From SAR324 cluster bacterium (GTDB taxonomy: Bacteria > SAR324 > NAC60-12): a DNA stretch of 64,000 nt. Every line of letters starts with the position of its first letter. Position 1 is the first letter of the stretch. Below, one piece after another: positions 40,594-50,488 of the stretch. Both the position numbers and the translations under genes were made by a program. A model generated the notes under the pieces. It saw nothing but the letters and a program-made list of their open reading frames with translations. It did no database searches and had not been told where the DNA came from. Location: positions 689 through 64,688 of the forward strand of contig JAQWOT010000358.1 in the NCBI GenBank assembly GCA_029245725.1. Reading direction: 5' to 3'.

Positions 40594-43362
40594 TTGCTGA
40601 CCATGCTTCACAGATACTCATTCACAATTTGGATTCTGATTTTAGTCGGGAATATTCTCTCAGGTGTTTCCAGCTGGGCGAAGTCACCCAGCGAGCTCAA
40701 TGCTGGGTTTGAGTCAATCCATCTTCGCTCCGAATTGGAGTTCCTTGAAGATCCCTCAGGATCGATGTCGTTTGAGCAAGTGCTGGGTGCTGAAAATCAG
40801 CAGCGCTTTCAGCCCAACGGAGAAATGGTTTTTAATCAGGGAATTACGAACTCGGTCTATTGGTTGCGTTTCAGTGTCGCTAATACCACCGCCAATTCCA
40901 TCCCCCTAATATTCAGTATTGATAACATCTACGGATCACTTGAACTCTATGGGATAAAGCCGACTGGAGAGAGTTTCTTAGTTTTCAAGAAATCAGCCCG
41001 ACAGCTTGTCAAGGAGGGAGGAACGACCTGGGATCTGAAGAACACTTCAATATCAGCAGATGCTAATCAGCAAACAGATTACTACCTGCGTCTGGAACCC
41101 AACCTGATTCTACGAGCAGAAATTTCACTTTGGAAACCAGAGGCTCTTAGAGAGCATTTCACTGATAAATACAATCTACTGAGTGTTAGCTGGGGAGCGA
41201 TTGGTTGTAACGCATTTTTCAGTCTTTTGTTCTTCTTTTTTCTTCGCGATAGAACCTACCTATTCTACGGCCTGCATCTACTTTTTTTCACCTTCCACCG
41301 CATGCTAACTAAGGGATGGTGGATCACTGACTTTCCAAGCCTCGATTGGTTCAACTGGGTACGCATCTATGTTGTTGGATTGTCAATCATCACTGTATTA
41401 CTTTTCTTTTCAAAAGTCCTAGAGCTAAAAAAGAAACATCCAATTTTGCACAAGATCATCAGATCCGCTGTGCTCTGCATACTTGGAATCTCATTCCTAG
41501 TGGCTTGGTTCGAGCCCAATCAAGCATTTGGAGTCTTCATGATCCTCTCAGCCATTTCCACCCTATTTCTGCTGATTCCTTACAGGGCTTGGAGAACTGG
41601 AGATAAGAACGCCCTTTTCTATTCCCTGGGCTGGGGAATCCTATGCGTATCTACTTTGATAGGAACCCAAAATGCCATGGGATTTCTGGAGTTTCCCACT
41701 TCTGTCTACTTAGTGATGGAATTGGGCGCTTTTTCAGAATCCCTCCTTTTCTCAATTGCATTGGCATTTCGAGTTCCTCAGAATGTTCAGGAACGCCAGA
41801 GAGTTCAAGAACAATTGTTGAAGCAAATGCAGGCGACTGAACGCTTCAAAAATCAATTTCTGGCAAACACCTCTCATGAATTGAAAACACCTTTGCATGG
41901 TATCATGGGACTCGCAGAAAATATGTTCCTGGAAGCTCGTCAGCGAGGCATGCAGCAGATGTCTGAAACACTCCATTTGATGATCCAAAGTGGAAGGCGT
42001 TTGAATCTGCTCATCAATAATCTACTGGACCAGGCAGCACTAGTAGAACATCGATTAACACTGCATCCAGAGCTATGCTACCTACAGCCTCTTGTGCGCT
42101 CTGCGGTTGACCTGATCAACGTCCAATTTTCTACCAAAAAACTCCGCGTCGAAAATCAGGTTTCTGAGTTTGTCCTCCCAGTTCATGCGGACCCATCAAG
42201 GATCGAACAGGTTTTGCTAAACCTCCTTTACAATGCCTGTAAATTTACCTCACAAGGACGAATTCAAATTCGATCTGCAACAGATGATGAGAGTTTGCGA
42301 ACCGAGATTCATGATTCAGGACCAGGTGTTCATGATGATGATCGTAAAATGATCTTCGAAGCCTTCGAACAACAGAACTCAGCTGTGACGGAAGGCATCG
42401 GCCTAGGCCTTTCAATCTCGAAAGAAATCATTGAGGAACATGGAGGCCAAATCGGAGTAGAGTCTTCTCCTCTGGGTGGGGCGTGTTTCTGGTTCTCTCT
42501 GCCACTGGCGCAACCCACCCAAATCCCTTTGATGGAGGAGGGGACCAATGAAAAATCCAGTGATGAAATTTCTTTTCTGCCAAAAGTCACACCAAATTTA
42601 AAGACCAGTGGGAGTATTTCCATTTTGATCGTCGATGATGATCCCGTAAATCTGCACATCCTAACAGGGATGCTCACTGAGACTGACTGGACCTTTACCT
42701 GTTGTAGCTCTGGTCAGGAAGCTCTGGAGTTGATGAGTCAAACCTCAGAATTTGACTTGGTGTTACTGGACTTGATGATGGATGGAATGGACGGCATTGA
42801 GCTCTGTACAACTCTTCGCCAACGATTTGCCAAGGAGGATTTGCCGATTCTCTTCCTGACTGCACTGAGTCGGAGTGAGGAGCTTACCCAGGCTTTTGAA
42901 GCAGGTGCAAACGACTATCTGACAAAGCCAATTCAGAAAGCGGAATTGAAAGCAAGAATTTCTTCACAGCTGGAACTCGCTCAATTGCGCCATTTAAATC
43001 CACCGGCTGTTCATGGAAAGAGTAAATCCATGAGAGATCTGCTCGCCCAAACCATGCAGGTAGTAGTTCATTGCTGGGAACATTGCCAAGGAAAGGATCA
43101 AATTTCTTTGGCTCAGGAATCAAAACTTTGGGGGGCATACCTGGATAAGACTAATGGGGTCTGGCGATCACCCGGAATTAGACAATACCTTTCAGCCTCC
43201 TCCATGCCTCAAAGGCCCCGCTGGCGTAAAGTTGCTCAGACTGTTGAGTTTCTCCAAGCTCAACTTCCGAAGGATGACTCCCACCATCAAGAACTTTCAG
43301 AGTTACTTGCAGAAATCTACAAGAAGTCCCACCAGGAAGGCCCTAATTCATCCGAGACCTAA
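40594..43362 (+). CDS. Hybrid sensor histidine kinase (7TM-DISM, HisKA, HATPase, REC) with putative ChiS-family DNA-binding C-terminal domain
   Basis: Periplasmic DISM region (NSVYWLRF), 7 TM, SHELKTPL, DSGPG/GIGLGL, LLDLMM; extra ~100 aa tail W..G..LA.ES.LW..Y..YL..P..PRW. Confidence 0.9.
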   Translation: MLTMLHRYSFTIWILILVGNILSGVSSWAKSPSELNAGFESIHLRSELEFLEDPSGSMSFEQVLGAENQQRFQPNGEMVFNQGITNSVYWLRFSVANTTANSIPLIFSIDNIYGSLELYGIKPTGESFLVFKKSARQLVKEGGTTWDLKNTSISADANQQTDYYLRLEPNLILRAEISLWKPEALREHFTDKYNLLSVSWGAIGCNAFFSLLFFFFLRDRTYLFYGLHLLFFTFHRMLTKGWWITDFPSLDWFNWVRIYVVGLSIITVLLFFSKVLELKKKHPILHKIIRSAVLCILGISFLVAWFEPNQAFGVFMILSAISTLFLLIPYRAWRTGDKNALFYSLGWGILCVSTLIGTQNAMGFLEFPTSVYLVMELGAFSESLLFSIALAFRVPQNVQERQRVQEQLLKQMQATERFKNQFLANTSHELKTPLHGIMGLAENMFLEARQRGMQQMSETLHLMIQSGRRLNLLINNLLDQAALVEHRLTLHPELCYLQPLVRSAVDLINVQFSTKKLRVENQVSEFVLPVHADPSRIEQVLLNLLYNACKFTSQGRIQIRSATDDESLRTEIHDSGPGVHDDDRKMIFEAFEQQNSAVTEGIGLGLSISKEIIEEHGGQIGVESSPLGGACFWFSLPLAQPTQIPLMEEGTNEKSSDEISFLPKVTPNLKTSGSISILIVDDDPVNLHILTGMLTETDWTFTCCSSGQEALELMSQTSEFDLVLLDLMMDGMDGIELCTTLRQRFAKEDLPILFLTALSRSEELTQAFEAGANDYLTKPIQKAELKARISSQLELAQLRHLNPPAVHGKSKSMRDLLAQTMQVVVHCWEHCQGKDQISLAQESKLWGAYLDKTNGVWRSPGIRQYLSASSMPQRPRWRKVAQTVEFLQAQLPKDDSHHQELSELLAEIYKKSHQEGPNSSET

Positions 43363-43594
43363 TGTCCCCAACTCTGACTAAATTCCCACCGTTTCCTCTA
43401 TTCCTTCCCGTCTGCAAAGCAATCTTTAATCTGAATTAGTCCAATCAAGCTGATTAAATTTTCATATATATTCAATGGCTTGTTCTAAATTTACTCAAAA
43501 TGCTCTCAATCTTAGCTGGCAAAAATTTGGGGGCAAACTACTGTCTCTCCCAGCGTTTCAATCCTAATCAATTGTTCTTCCTCGCAGTCACCCC

Positions 43595-43798
43595 ATGATT
43601 GTTCAATACAAAAGAACTGACAATCAACATCAATTCAGTATCCAGGGGGAAGCAACTGAAAAGGAGGTAGAGGCAATTCTGCAACGATTTCAGGAGTTGC
43701 TTCATCCTGAACCGGGCTTACAGGTCAATCTTGTTTTGGATTGTTCAGACTATCTGGGGAGACGTTCTGAAGACTCTGCTCCTCCCGAAGGCAGCTAA
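43595..43798 (+). CDS. Hypothetical protein
   Basis: 67 aa ORF; no family recognised. Confidence 0.45.
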   Translation: MIVQYKRTDNQHQFSIQGEATEKEVEAILQRFQELLHPEPGLQVNLVLDCSDYLGRRSEDSAPPEGS

Positions 43799-44020
43799 TC
43801 CTGAATTTGCTTCCGTTAGGGGAATCGAACTTCTCACTCTAGTCCGACTTACAAAGAATTAGGAACCAGATGGTTCTAGGCGTAACAGGCGGGATGCCCA
43901 TGAAATCATTGTCATATCAGGTTTCTCGCAACCACAAAATAGGATGCTTACTCATTTAGCAAAAGTGGTGTGAGGAACTGTGATAACAGAATCTCTCTCA
44001 GCATTGGGAAGGAGAGCACC

Positions 44021-44299
44021 ATGTCATTTTCTCAGCCTTTGAATCCAACCAAAAAATTCGCGACACATCGGATGTTTTTTCGACCTCGTGACTGGGAAGA
44101 CCTTAAAGTTCATTTGATCTTCTCGGCAGGTCGCCTTTCGCCAGAGTTGTTTGATTTGTTGCTCCGATGGCTGGGTCGACGAAAGGAAGAGCCCCAAATC
44201 TGTTTGTTGTTCTGGCTCGCCACCTACAATCCAACTTTGTTTCATTTGATCTTGGCAGTTCGTCGTTTCTTACTCAGCCCTCTGCAACTGATCAAATAG
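44021..44299 (+). CDS. Hypothetical protein
   Basis: GGAG RBS before ATG at 44021; no family recognised. Confidence 0.45.
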   Translation: MSFSQPLNPTKKFATHRMFFRPRDWEDLKVHLIFSAGRLSPELFDLLLRWLGRRKEEPQICLLFWLATYNPTLFHLILAVRRFLLSPLQLIK

Positions 44300-44380
44300 A
44301 CTCTGGAACATCATTAAACTAGTTTTGAGCAAGAAATATTATCAACAGCACCCCGCTCAATTAGACTTACTTTTTGAACA

Positions 44381-44632
44381 GTGACGACCATGACTCACTT
44401 TCCTGGCAGGGTTCTCCCAAAACAATCTCGTAAAACTGAGAGCAAGCGGCCAACTCGTGAAGAGATTGAAGATCAAGTGGCCAAGTTCCTACAGCAAGGA
44501 GGAGTGATTCAGCAGCTTCATCCTGAAGCTGCCCAAAACACTGGGCTTGCAGAAATCGGTTCGCAAATAGATTTGAACATTCAAGGGTTGAACGAGGAAG
44601 CTCGATTGAATCTGGATAATTTCAGCAAATAG
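44381..44632 (+). CDS. Small protein with SutA-like RNA-polymerase-binding motif
   Basis: REEIEDQVAKFLQQGGVIQQL matches the R..L...F L..GG.I pattern recalled for the SutA family. Confidence 0.55.
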   Translation: MTTMTHFPGRVLPKQSRKTESKRPTREEIEDQVAKFLQQGGVIQQLHPEAAQNTGLAEIGSQIDLNIQGLNEEARLNLDNFSK

Positions 44633-45169
44633 TTGAAAAAATGGATTGATTTTCAGTCCACTTGTTCAGGGATGATCTCTAACGATTCGTCCTTCACATC
44701 ATCCGTCCTCCAAAACTACAGTCTCCAACTTTCAGGCGGACTCCTTTCGCTAATTCCCCCCGTAAGCTCATCTCTTTCACAAATATACTAAATCCAAAGA
44801 CAAGCATTGTACTTGAACTACCGCTGGAGGATGACCACTCTTCATCCAGTCCACCTGGCTGTACCAGGGCTTTTTCTACTTTTTAAAGTATATCGGTGCT
44901 TTACTCTTCTTCACTGGGAGGAAATATTGTGATTACAATTCATTTAGATAAAATGCGTCAACTAGCTTGAATATGTATTCATCAGAAGAACTTCATATCG
45001 ACTAAAATTCTAATTTTGTTCATTCAATTTAAATACATCAATCCTCTCTATCATTTTCCTCCCCCCGCTCTCCTCTGAATTCAGGATCTCTTTTGATAAG
45101 ATATTAAGTAGACAGTCGGTGCAACAGCCACTGACGAATTAGCAATTATGAACACTTGAGGAGATTTCT

Positions 45170-45346
45170 ATGAGTGGGCTGAACAACCTCTTTTTTGGAT
45201 TCATCAAAGTCGGTATCCTCTTGGTTATCTTGTCGCTGATTGTGGCAGGAATCATGTCAGAAGGTACTGGGTTCGTGCTGGGGATTGCGTGCGCTGGCTT
45301 GGTGAGTATGGTCTTTGTGGTAGCTCTGCTGGAACAGAAGTCCTGA
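45170..45346 (+). CDS. 58-aa two-TM small protein (below ORF-track cutoff)
   Basis: GAGGAG RBS; MSGLNNLFFGFIKVGILLVILSLIVAGIMSEGTGFVLGIACAGLVSMVFVVALLEQKS*. Confidence 0.65.
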   Translation: MSGLNNLFFGFIKVGILLVILSLIVAGIMSEGTGFVLGIACAGLVSMVFVVALLEQKS

Positions 45347-45475
45347 TTAGTCAATTCCGCTTAATCTCTCATTTTGTGGCAGGAGAGCTTACATCTTCTG
45401 CCAGCTTCTCCACGACTCCGATAAGGCGCCCGTTCTCGCCAAAAGCAAGCATCACTTCAAACAATCCACTTCCCT

Positions 45476-46237
45476 TCAACGGACATCCATTGTCCAACAA
45501 TCCCTGAAAGACCTTCGGACATTCGGCAAGATCGAGTAGCATAATTTCGCGGCTCGTAGCTCTGGAATAATATAGCGTCCATTTGTGACGATTGCCCCAG
45601 TCAGATTAGTGTGAAAGAGGTTTGCTTCTTCAAAGTTCGCCTTCACCAAATTCGTATCTGAGAGATTTGTCCTTGTAAGCGTTGCTCTCAAAAGAGTTGC
45701 AGGAGAAAGGTTGGCCTTCGCCAAATCAGCATCTGTAAGGTTGGCTCCAGAAAGATTGGCTCCAGAAAGATCTGCTTCTTTCAGTAGGGTTCCCTTGAGG
45801 ATTGCATTACTAAGATCAGCATCCCTGAGAGTCACTCCTGTAAAATCTGCGTTGGAGAGATCAGATCCAGAAAGATTGGCTCCTGGCAAATAACTACCGG
45901 ATAAATCAGCTCCTTGCAGATCCACTCCTGATAGATTTGCACCCTCTAAATTGCAACCTCTCATACTCGCTGAGAACAAGTGAGCCCCTTGCAAGTTGAC
46001 CCCAGTCAGATTGCTATTGTTCAAATTCGAACCCTCTAAATGAGCATTTGCTAAGTTGGCATTGCTCAGATCAAAATTGATGAACTGGACCCCTGCCAAA
46101 TTTCCAGCTTCCAGGTTGCAACTCCGGCACTCCCGATCTTCGGCGAGTCTCTTGGTCATGCTGTAGTCCATTGAGAATCCCTGACCTGAGAGGCAGGCAA
46201 AGAGAGCCACAAGCATCATCATTTGGTAGTTTGCCAT
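45476..46237 (-). CDS. Secreted pentapeptide-repeat protein (long)
   Basis: Signal-like N-terminus, CRSCNL, about 30 pentapeptide units, C-terminal Cys pair. Confidence 0.9.
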   Translation of the reverse strand: MANYQMMMLVALFACLSGQGFSMDYSMTKRLAEDRECRSCNLEAGNLAGVQFINFDLSNANLANAHLEGSNLNNSNLTGVNLQGAHLFSASMRGCNLEGANLSGVDLQGADLSGSYLPGANLSGSDLSNADFTGVTLRDADLSNAILKGTLLKEADLSGANLSGANLTDADLAKANLSPATLLRATLTRTNLSDTNLVKANFEEANLFHTNLTGAIVTNGRYIIPELRAAKLCYSILPNVRRSFRDCWTMDVR

Positions 46238-46544
46238 TTTAATCTCTGTGACCGATTGGGAATGGAAAGGACATCCAACTACTCAAGTAATCACCTGCCA
46301 CCGAAAATCTAGATTGGGCAATTGGCTTGATAGAGCTAGCTTTCGAAGCAGGGGTAGACTGTCGACTAGTATCTTACCACGATCATATAATCAATTCAGC
46401 TAATCTCGTAAGATTGATACGTGATGCAAGAGGAGATCTTCAGCGAGGAAAGATAGGGTAGGTTTCAGGAAGAAGAGAGGGTGACCTGAGGCCAAGCCTG
46501 ATTTGCTGACAAGAAAGCCCGGCAGAATCTTCATCAAAGAAGCT

Positions 46545-48083
46545 TCAGGCATTCACAGTGGTCTTCAGCCCATACGTTCGCAGCCCCAGAAGACGGGCCC
46601 TACCAGCAATCGTGCTTATGGAGAGTTCGTTACTTTCTGGATTGGAGAAGATATTATTGGTCATAGTGGTCCGACCATAATCCGTAAAAATTTCAATCGA
46701 AATACTGTCCAAGAAAATCCTGACAGTAAGCTCGGATTGGCTCGCTGATTCCAGTAGGCACTTGCGCTGTAGAGCAGAGATGTTCCCCGAGCGTGTTCGA
46801 TCAAAGATCATCTCACCTTTCGCCAGGTCAAACTCCAGCTTTGTCTCCTGCTCAGCAGAGCCACGCAGGCTAAAAACAATTCGCTGCGCAGTGGTTTCTG
46901 ACAAATCAAAGCTGGCAATAATTTCACAATGCACACCGTCCCCAGCAGTGAAGGGCAAGGGTTTAGCTTCTTCGATCACACAGGGGGCATAGTATTGTTC
47001 GTGCTCCCGAAGCTTTTCCACCTCAGAGACCGGCTCACTCACAAGTTTACCATCAGGGCACAGACGGATCTGACGCGGTAGCGTAAGGCTACCATACCAA
47101 CCCAATTCACTGGTATCATATTTACCTCGACACCATGGCATAAAGGGCCATGAACCAACCCAAGCCATGATTAAATCACGGCCCCTATCATCCCGAAAAT
47201 GCTGTGGTGCATAATAGTCAAAACCCAAATCGACTGAACCCATCGTCTGCCAATGGAACTTCCCAGTTTGCTCATCAAAATCTCCTGTCAGATAAACCAC
47301 TTGTCTCTCTTGCAAGCCCATAGGCGAATACATCAGAATCCACTTACCATCTAGTGAGAAAAAATTTGGACACTCCAACATAGTGCCCAACTCTCCACCG
47401 CTCTCTACAAGATAATTGACAAATTCCCAATTCTTGAGATTTTTTGAGCGGTGCAGACAAACTTTTCCCAGGCCGTTTTTTTGGCTATTCGAAGGCTCAA
47501 TCAGATCACTCACTCCATCAGTCACCCCAGTAACCATGTACCATAAATTCCCCTGTTTCCAGACTTTGGGATCCCGGAAGTCATGGGGATTGATTTCAGG
47601 TGGAGGTTCAGCAAGTACTGGATTTTGATCTGATTTGGTAAAGTTCATACCATCTGAAGAACTGGCCATGCACTGAACCTGTCGGTTCTTAGCACAGCCC
47701 GTGTAATAGAGAATCAGTTCATCCTGATGTTCAATTGCGGATCCAGTGAAGATTCCACCACCTTCCCAACCGTCATAATCTTCACTCGGTGCAAGTGCTT
47801 CAGGCTGATGCTCCCAATGAATCAGATCAGTGCTGATGGCGTGTCCCCAGTGCATCGTACCCCACTTTCCACTGAAAGGGTGATGCTGGTAAAACAAATG
47901 AAACTTTCCCTGAAATTGAATCAATCCGTGTGGATCATTCATCCAACCCACAGGGGTTTGAAAATGATAATTTTCTCTCCATGGATGCTGCGCAATTTCA
48001 GCTTTGTGTTGAGCAACATATTCTTCAACCCGGTGAATTTTTTCTTGGTGTAACTTTGCGTTGAAGCCCATGCTATTCTCCAA
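46545..48083 (-). CDS. GH32 beta-fructofuranosidase / sucrose-6-phosphate hydrolase
   Basis: WMNDPHG, FTGSA, FRDP, ECPNF, DYYAPQ catalytic motifs plus C-terminal beta-sandwich. Confidence 0.95.
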   Translation of the reverse strand: MENSMGFNAKLHQEKIHRVEEYVAQHKAEIAQHPWRENYHFQTPVGWMNDPHGLIQFQGKFHLFYQHHPFSGKWGTMHWGHAISTDLIHWEHQPEALAPSEDYDGWEGGGIFTGSAIEHQDELILYYTGCAKNRQVQCMASSSDGMNFTKSDQNPVLAEPPPEINPHDFRDPKVWKQGNLWYMVTGVTDGVSDLIEPSNSQKNGLGKVCLHRSKNLKNWEFVNYLVESGGELGTMLECPNFFSLDGKWILMYSPMGLQERQVVYLTGDFDEQTGKFHWQTMGSVDLGFDYYAPQHFRDDRGRDLIMAWVGSWPFMPWCRGKYDTSELGWYGSLTLPRQIRLCPDGKLVSEPVSEVEKLREHEQYYAPCVIEEAKPLPFTAGDGVHCEIIASFDLSETTAQRIVFSLRGSAEQETKLEFDLAKGEMIFDRTRSGNISALQRKCLLESASQSELTVRIFLDSISIEIFTDYGRTTMTNNIFSNPESNELSISTIAGRARLLGLRTYGLKTTVNA

Positions 48084-48107
48084 AAGTGTATAAGAAGTTT
48101 TGGTGTT

Positions 48108-49176
48108 TCAATTTCTGTCCAAGAACCCTGATCGGTAATCCGACGCCATTTCTTCTTCTAAATCGTGAGATCTTGTTTTAATTTTTGGCGCCTGTCCTGC
48201 GGTATTGAACTGCTCAGAGCGAAGTTTGGCGACTTTCTCCATTACGACCATTGCAGGCTTCAAAAATTTTCGAGGGGCAAACTCAGTTTTTTCTTCAGTT
48301 GCAACTTTGTGCATTGCTCCCGTCATTGCCAAGCGGCAATCAGTATCAATGTTAATTTTTCGAACCCCATACCGAATGCCCTTTTGAATCTCTTCGACAG
48401 GAACACCCCAAGTTTGAGGCATTTTACCACCGTGGTGGTTGAAGATATCCTGAAGATCCTGTGGAACACTGGATGAGCCATGCATTACCAAGTGTAGATC
48501 TGGCATTCTTCGATTGATTTCCTTCACAATATCCATAGCCAGAATATCTCCATCAGGTTTTCTCGTGAATTTGTATGCCCCATGTGAAGTACCCATTGCA
48601 ATTGCCAGTGCATCGACCTGAGTTTGCTTGACAAAATCTTCAGCTTGCCCAGGATTTGTAAGTAGTTGGTCTCGACTGAGTTTACCCTCGGCGCCGTGAC
48701 CGTCCTCCTGTTCAGACTCACCACTTTCAAGTGATCCGAGGCAACCTAACTCTCCTTCAACAGAGACTCCAACTGAATGCGCAGTTTCAGTGACTTTTGC
48801 TGTAATGTTCAAATTGTATTCGTAGGAAGACGGAGTTTTAGCGTCTTCTTCAAGTGATCCATCCATCATTACTGATGTAAATCCATTTTGTATGGCAGAG
48901 AAACAGTTGGTCGTATTGTTACCATGGTCTTGATGTAAGCAGATTGGAGTTTTGGGGAACATCTCCTCAGCCGCTTGAATCATGTGTTGGATCATTGCAT
49001 CACTAGAATAACTGCGAGCTCCTCTTGTAACTTGCAGAATTACAGGTGCTTCCACGGACTGAGCGGCCTGCACTTATGGCAATAAGTTGCTCAATGTTGC
49101 TGATGTTAAAGGCAGGTACACCTTAACCTTCAAGCGCAGCATGATCTAACAGTTGTCTCAATGTGATGCGTGCCAT
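48108..49176 (-). pseudogene. fba: Class II fructose-bisphosphate aldolase with nonsense codon and frameshift
   Basis: MARITLRQLLDHAALEG*GVPAFN (TAA 49123-49125), frameshift near 49075, then HQDHG, SVMMDGS, GTSHGAYK, VMHGSSS, KINIDTD. Confidence 0.9.
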
Positions 49177-49215
49177 GTTGAAAAAATTGAGTTTCTGGAT
49201 TGCTAAGGAGTAGCA

Positions 49216-49256
49216 TCCCGAAAGGCGCTAACTTTAATGAAAGCAGCCTTTCAGGA
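49216..49256. terminator. Imperfect inverted repeat between the binding-protein gene and fba
   Basis: TCCCGAAAGGC...GCCTTTCAGGA, 10 of 11 pairs. Confidence 0.55.
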
Positions 49257-49293
49257 CTAGGAAGGAGATAATTACCAATGAATCAATGTAATT

Positions 49294-50355
49294 TTATTGA
49301 TTCCAGGTACTTGAGAAGTTTTCAATAAATCCGGCCAAGTCAGCGTCAGGATTATACACCCGTGAGAGATCCCGAATTTCATTAGGAGTAAGCACGCACC
49401 CGTTCAAGAACTGACGTTCATAAGCATCAACGTTGGATGCATTTACAGGAATGAGGCTGAAGTCAGGCTGGGTATCTTCAATGGGGAATCCATGCAAATA
49501 GTCATAAAGATGAATCATTGCAAAACCACCTCCCATCCAATGCCCCCCGATACTGAAAGACAACTTACCATCACGAATATTTTGCGCGACTTGCTCATCT
49601 ATATCGCACGTAATGACGTCAATATCTGTTCGCCCAGCTTGCTCAAGAGCGAATTGTGCACCAAGTCCAGCAGTTGCACCTAAAACAATCACTGCATCAA
49701 TCTCTCCCTCTCCAAAACGTGCAACGTATTGCTCCGCATACTTGATTCCAGTCTCCCGACTCAGCCGATCTCGGCCTTCCATGATCACTTCAGCATCAGG
49801 ATACTTGTCAATTACTCTTTGAGCTCCTGCCCAAATATATTGCGTTGTGATGACATCCTTCGGATTCCAAATCATGGCAATCTTTCGGTGGCCATCATCA
49901 ATCGCAGCCTGAGCCATCGCAGCACCCCAAGCATCCAGGTTGGTGCCCATCTGTCCAATCAAGAACTTGCCATTGTACTCTTTCTCATAATCGGCAACTA
50001 CCACTCTTCCGGCTGTCATGCCAGGAATACGGTTGCGTTCCAGTAATCTGGCGACTTGAGCTCCAGCAGGTGAGGTCAATGGGTTGAAAACTATTGCATC
50101 TGGTTGGCGGGCTACCAAAGATTCTGCCTGGCTTACGTGTTTACTCTCACTGTTTTCATCATCGGCAAGAATTTGCTCAATATTCAATGCCCTGGCGACA
50201 CATTCCTGAAAACGGTGGCGGTTAATCACCCAAGGGTTAGTCTGAGGCTGACCCAAATCAGCAATTACCAAATCCTTGCGAGGCGTGACTGCTTCAGCAA
50301 AAGGGATCGGAGCCAACAGCAATACACCTAGCAAGCCATGAAGAAATCGTCTCAT
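49294..50355 (-). CDS. Sugar ABC transporter periplasmic binding protein (RbsB/LacI fold)
   Basis: Signal peptide, PDAIVFNP, DVITCD, GGHW motifs. Confidence 0.88.
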   Translation of the reverse strand: MRRFLHGLLGVLLLAPIPFAEAVTPRKDLVIADLGQPQTNPWVINRHRFQECVARALNIEQILADDENSESKHVSQAESLVARQPDAIVFNPLTSPAGAQVARLLERNRIPGMTAGRVVVADYEKEYNGKFLIGQMGTNLDAWGAAMAQAAIDDGHRKIAMIWNPKDVITTQYIWAGAQRVIDKYPDAEVIMEGRDRLSRETGIKYAEQYVARFGEGEIDAVIVLGATAGLGAQFALEQAGRTDIDVITCDIDEQVAQNIRDGKLSFSIGGHWMGGGFAMIHLYDYLHGFPIEDTQPDFSLIPVNASNVDAYERQFLNGCVLTPNEIRDLSRVYNPDADLAGFIENFSSTWNQ

Positions 50356-50375
50356 GTTACCTCTTCAGAAAAAAA

Positions 50376-50396
50376 TTATTTTCGTGAATAAAATGA
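50376..50396. promoter_or_regulatory. Candidate ROK-family operator
   Basis: TTATTT-N9-AAATGA, 21-41 nt upstream of the binding-protein start codon. Confidence 0.4.
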
Positions 50397-50488
50397 CTAA
50401 ATCAAGGTCTCCACTACATCTCTTCACATAGGCCCTCCTTTACTCAGGTGTATTGAAAGACAGGGAATAAAATCCTGCCTGAACAAGA

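Noticed and set aside
45600-46100. CRISPR-like or DNA-level repeats (AGATTGGCTCC, AAATCAGC)
   Set aside because: They are codon-level echoes of pentapeptide protein repeats; no constant repeat-spacer period and no cas genes.
21728-46237. Qnr/MfpA quinolone-resistance call for the pentapeptide proteins
   Set aside because: All three carry signal peptides and Cys caps, inconsistent with cytoplasmic gyrase protection.
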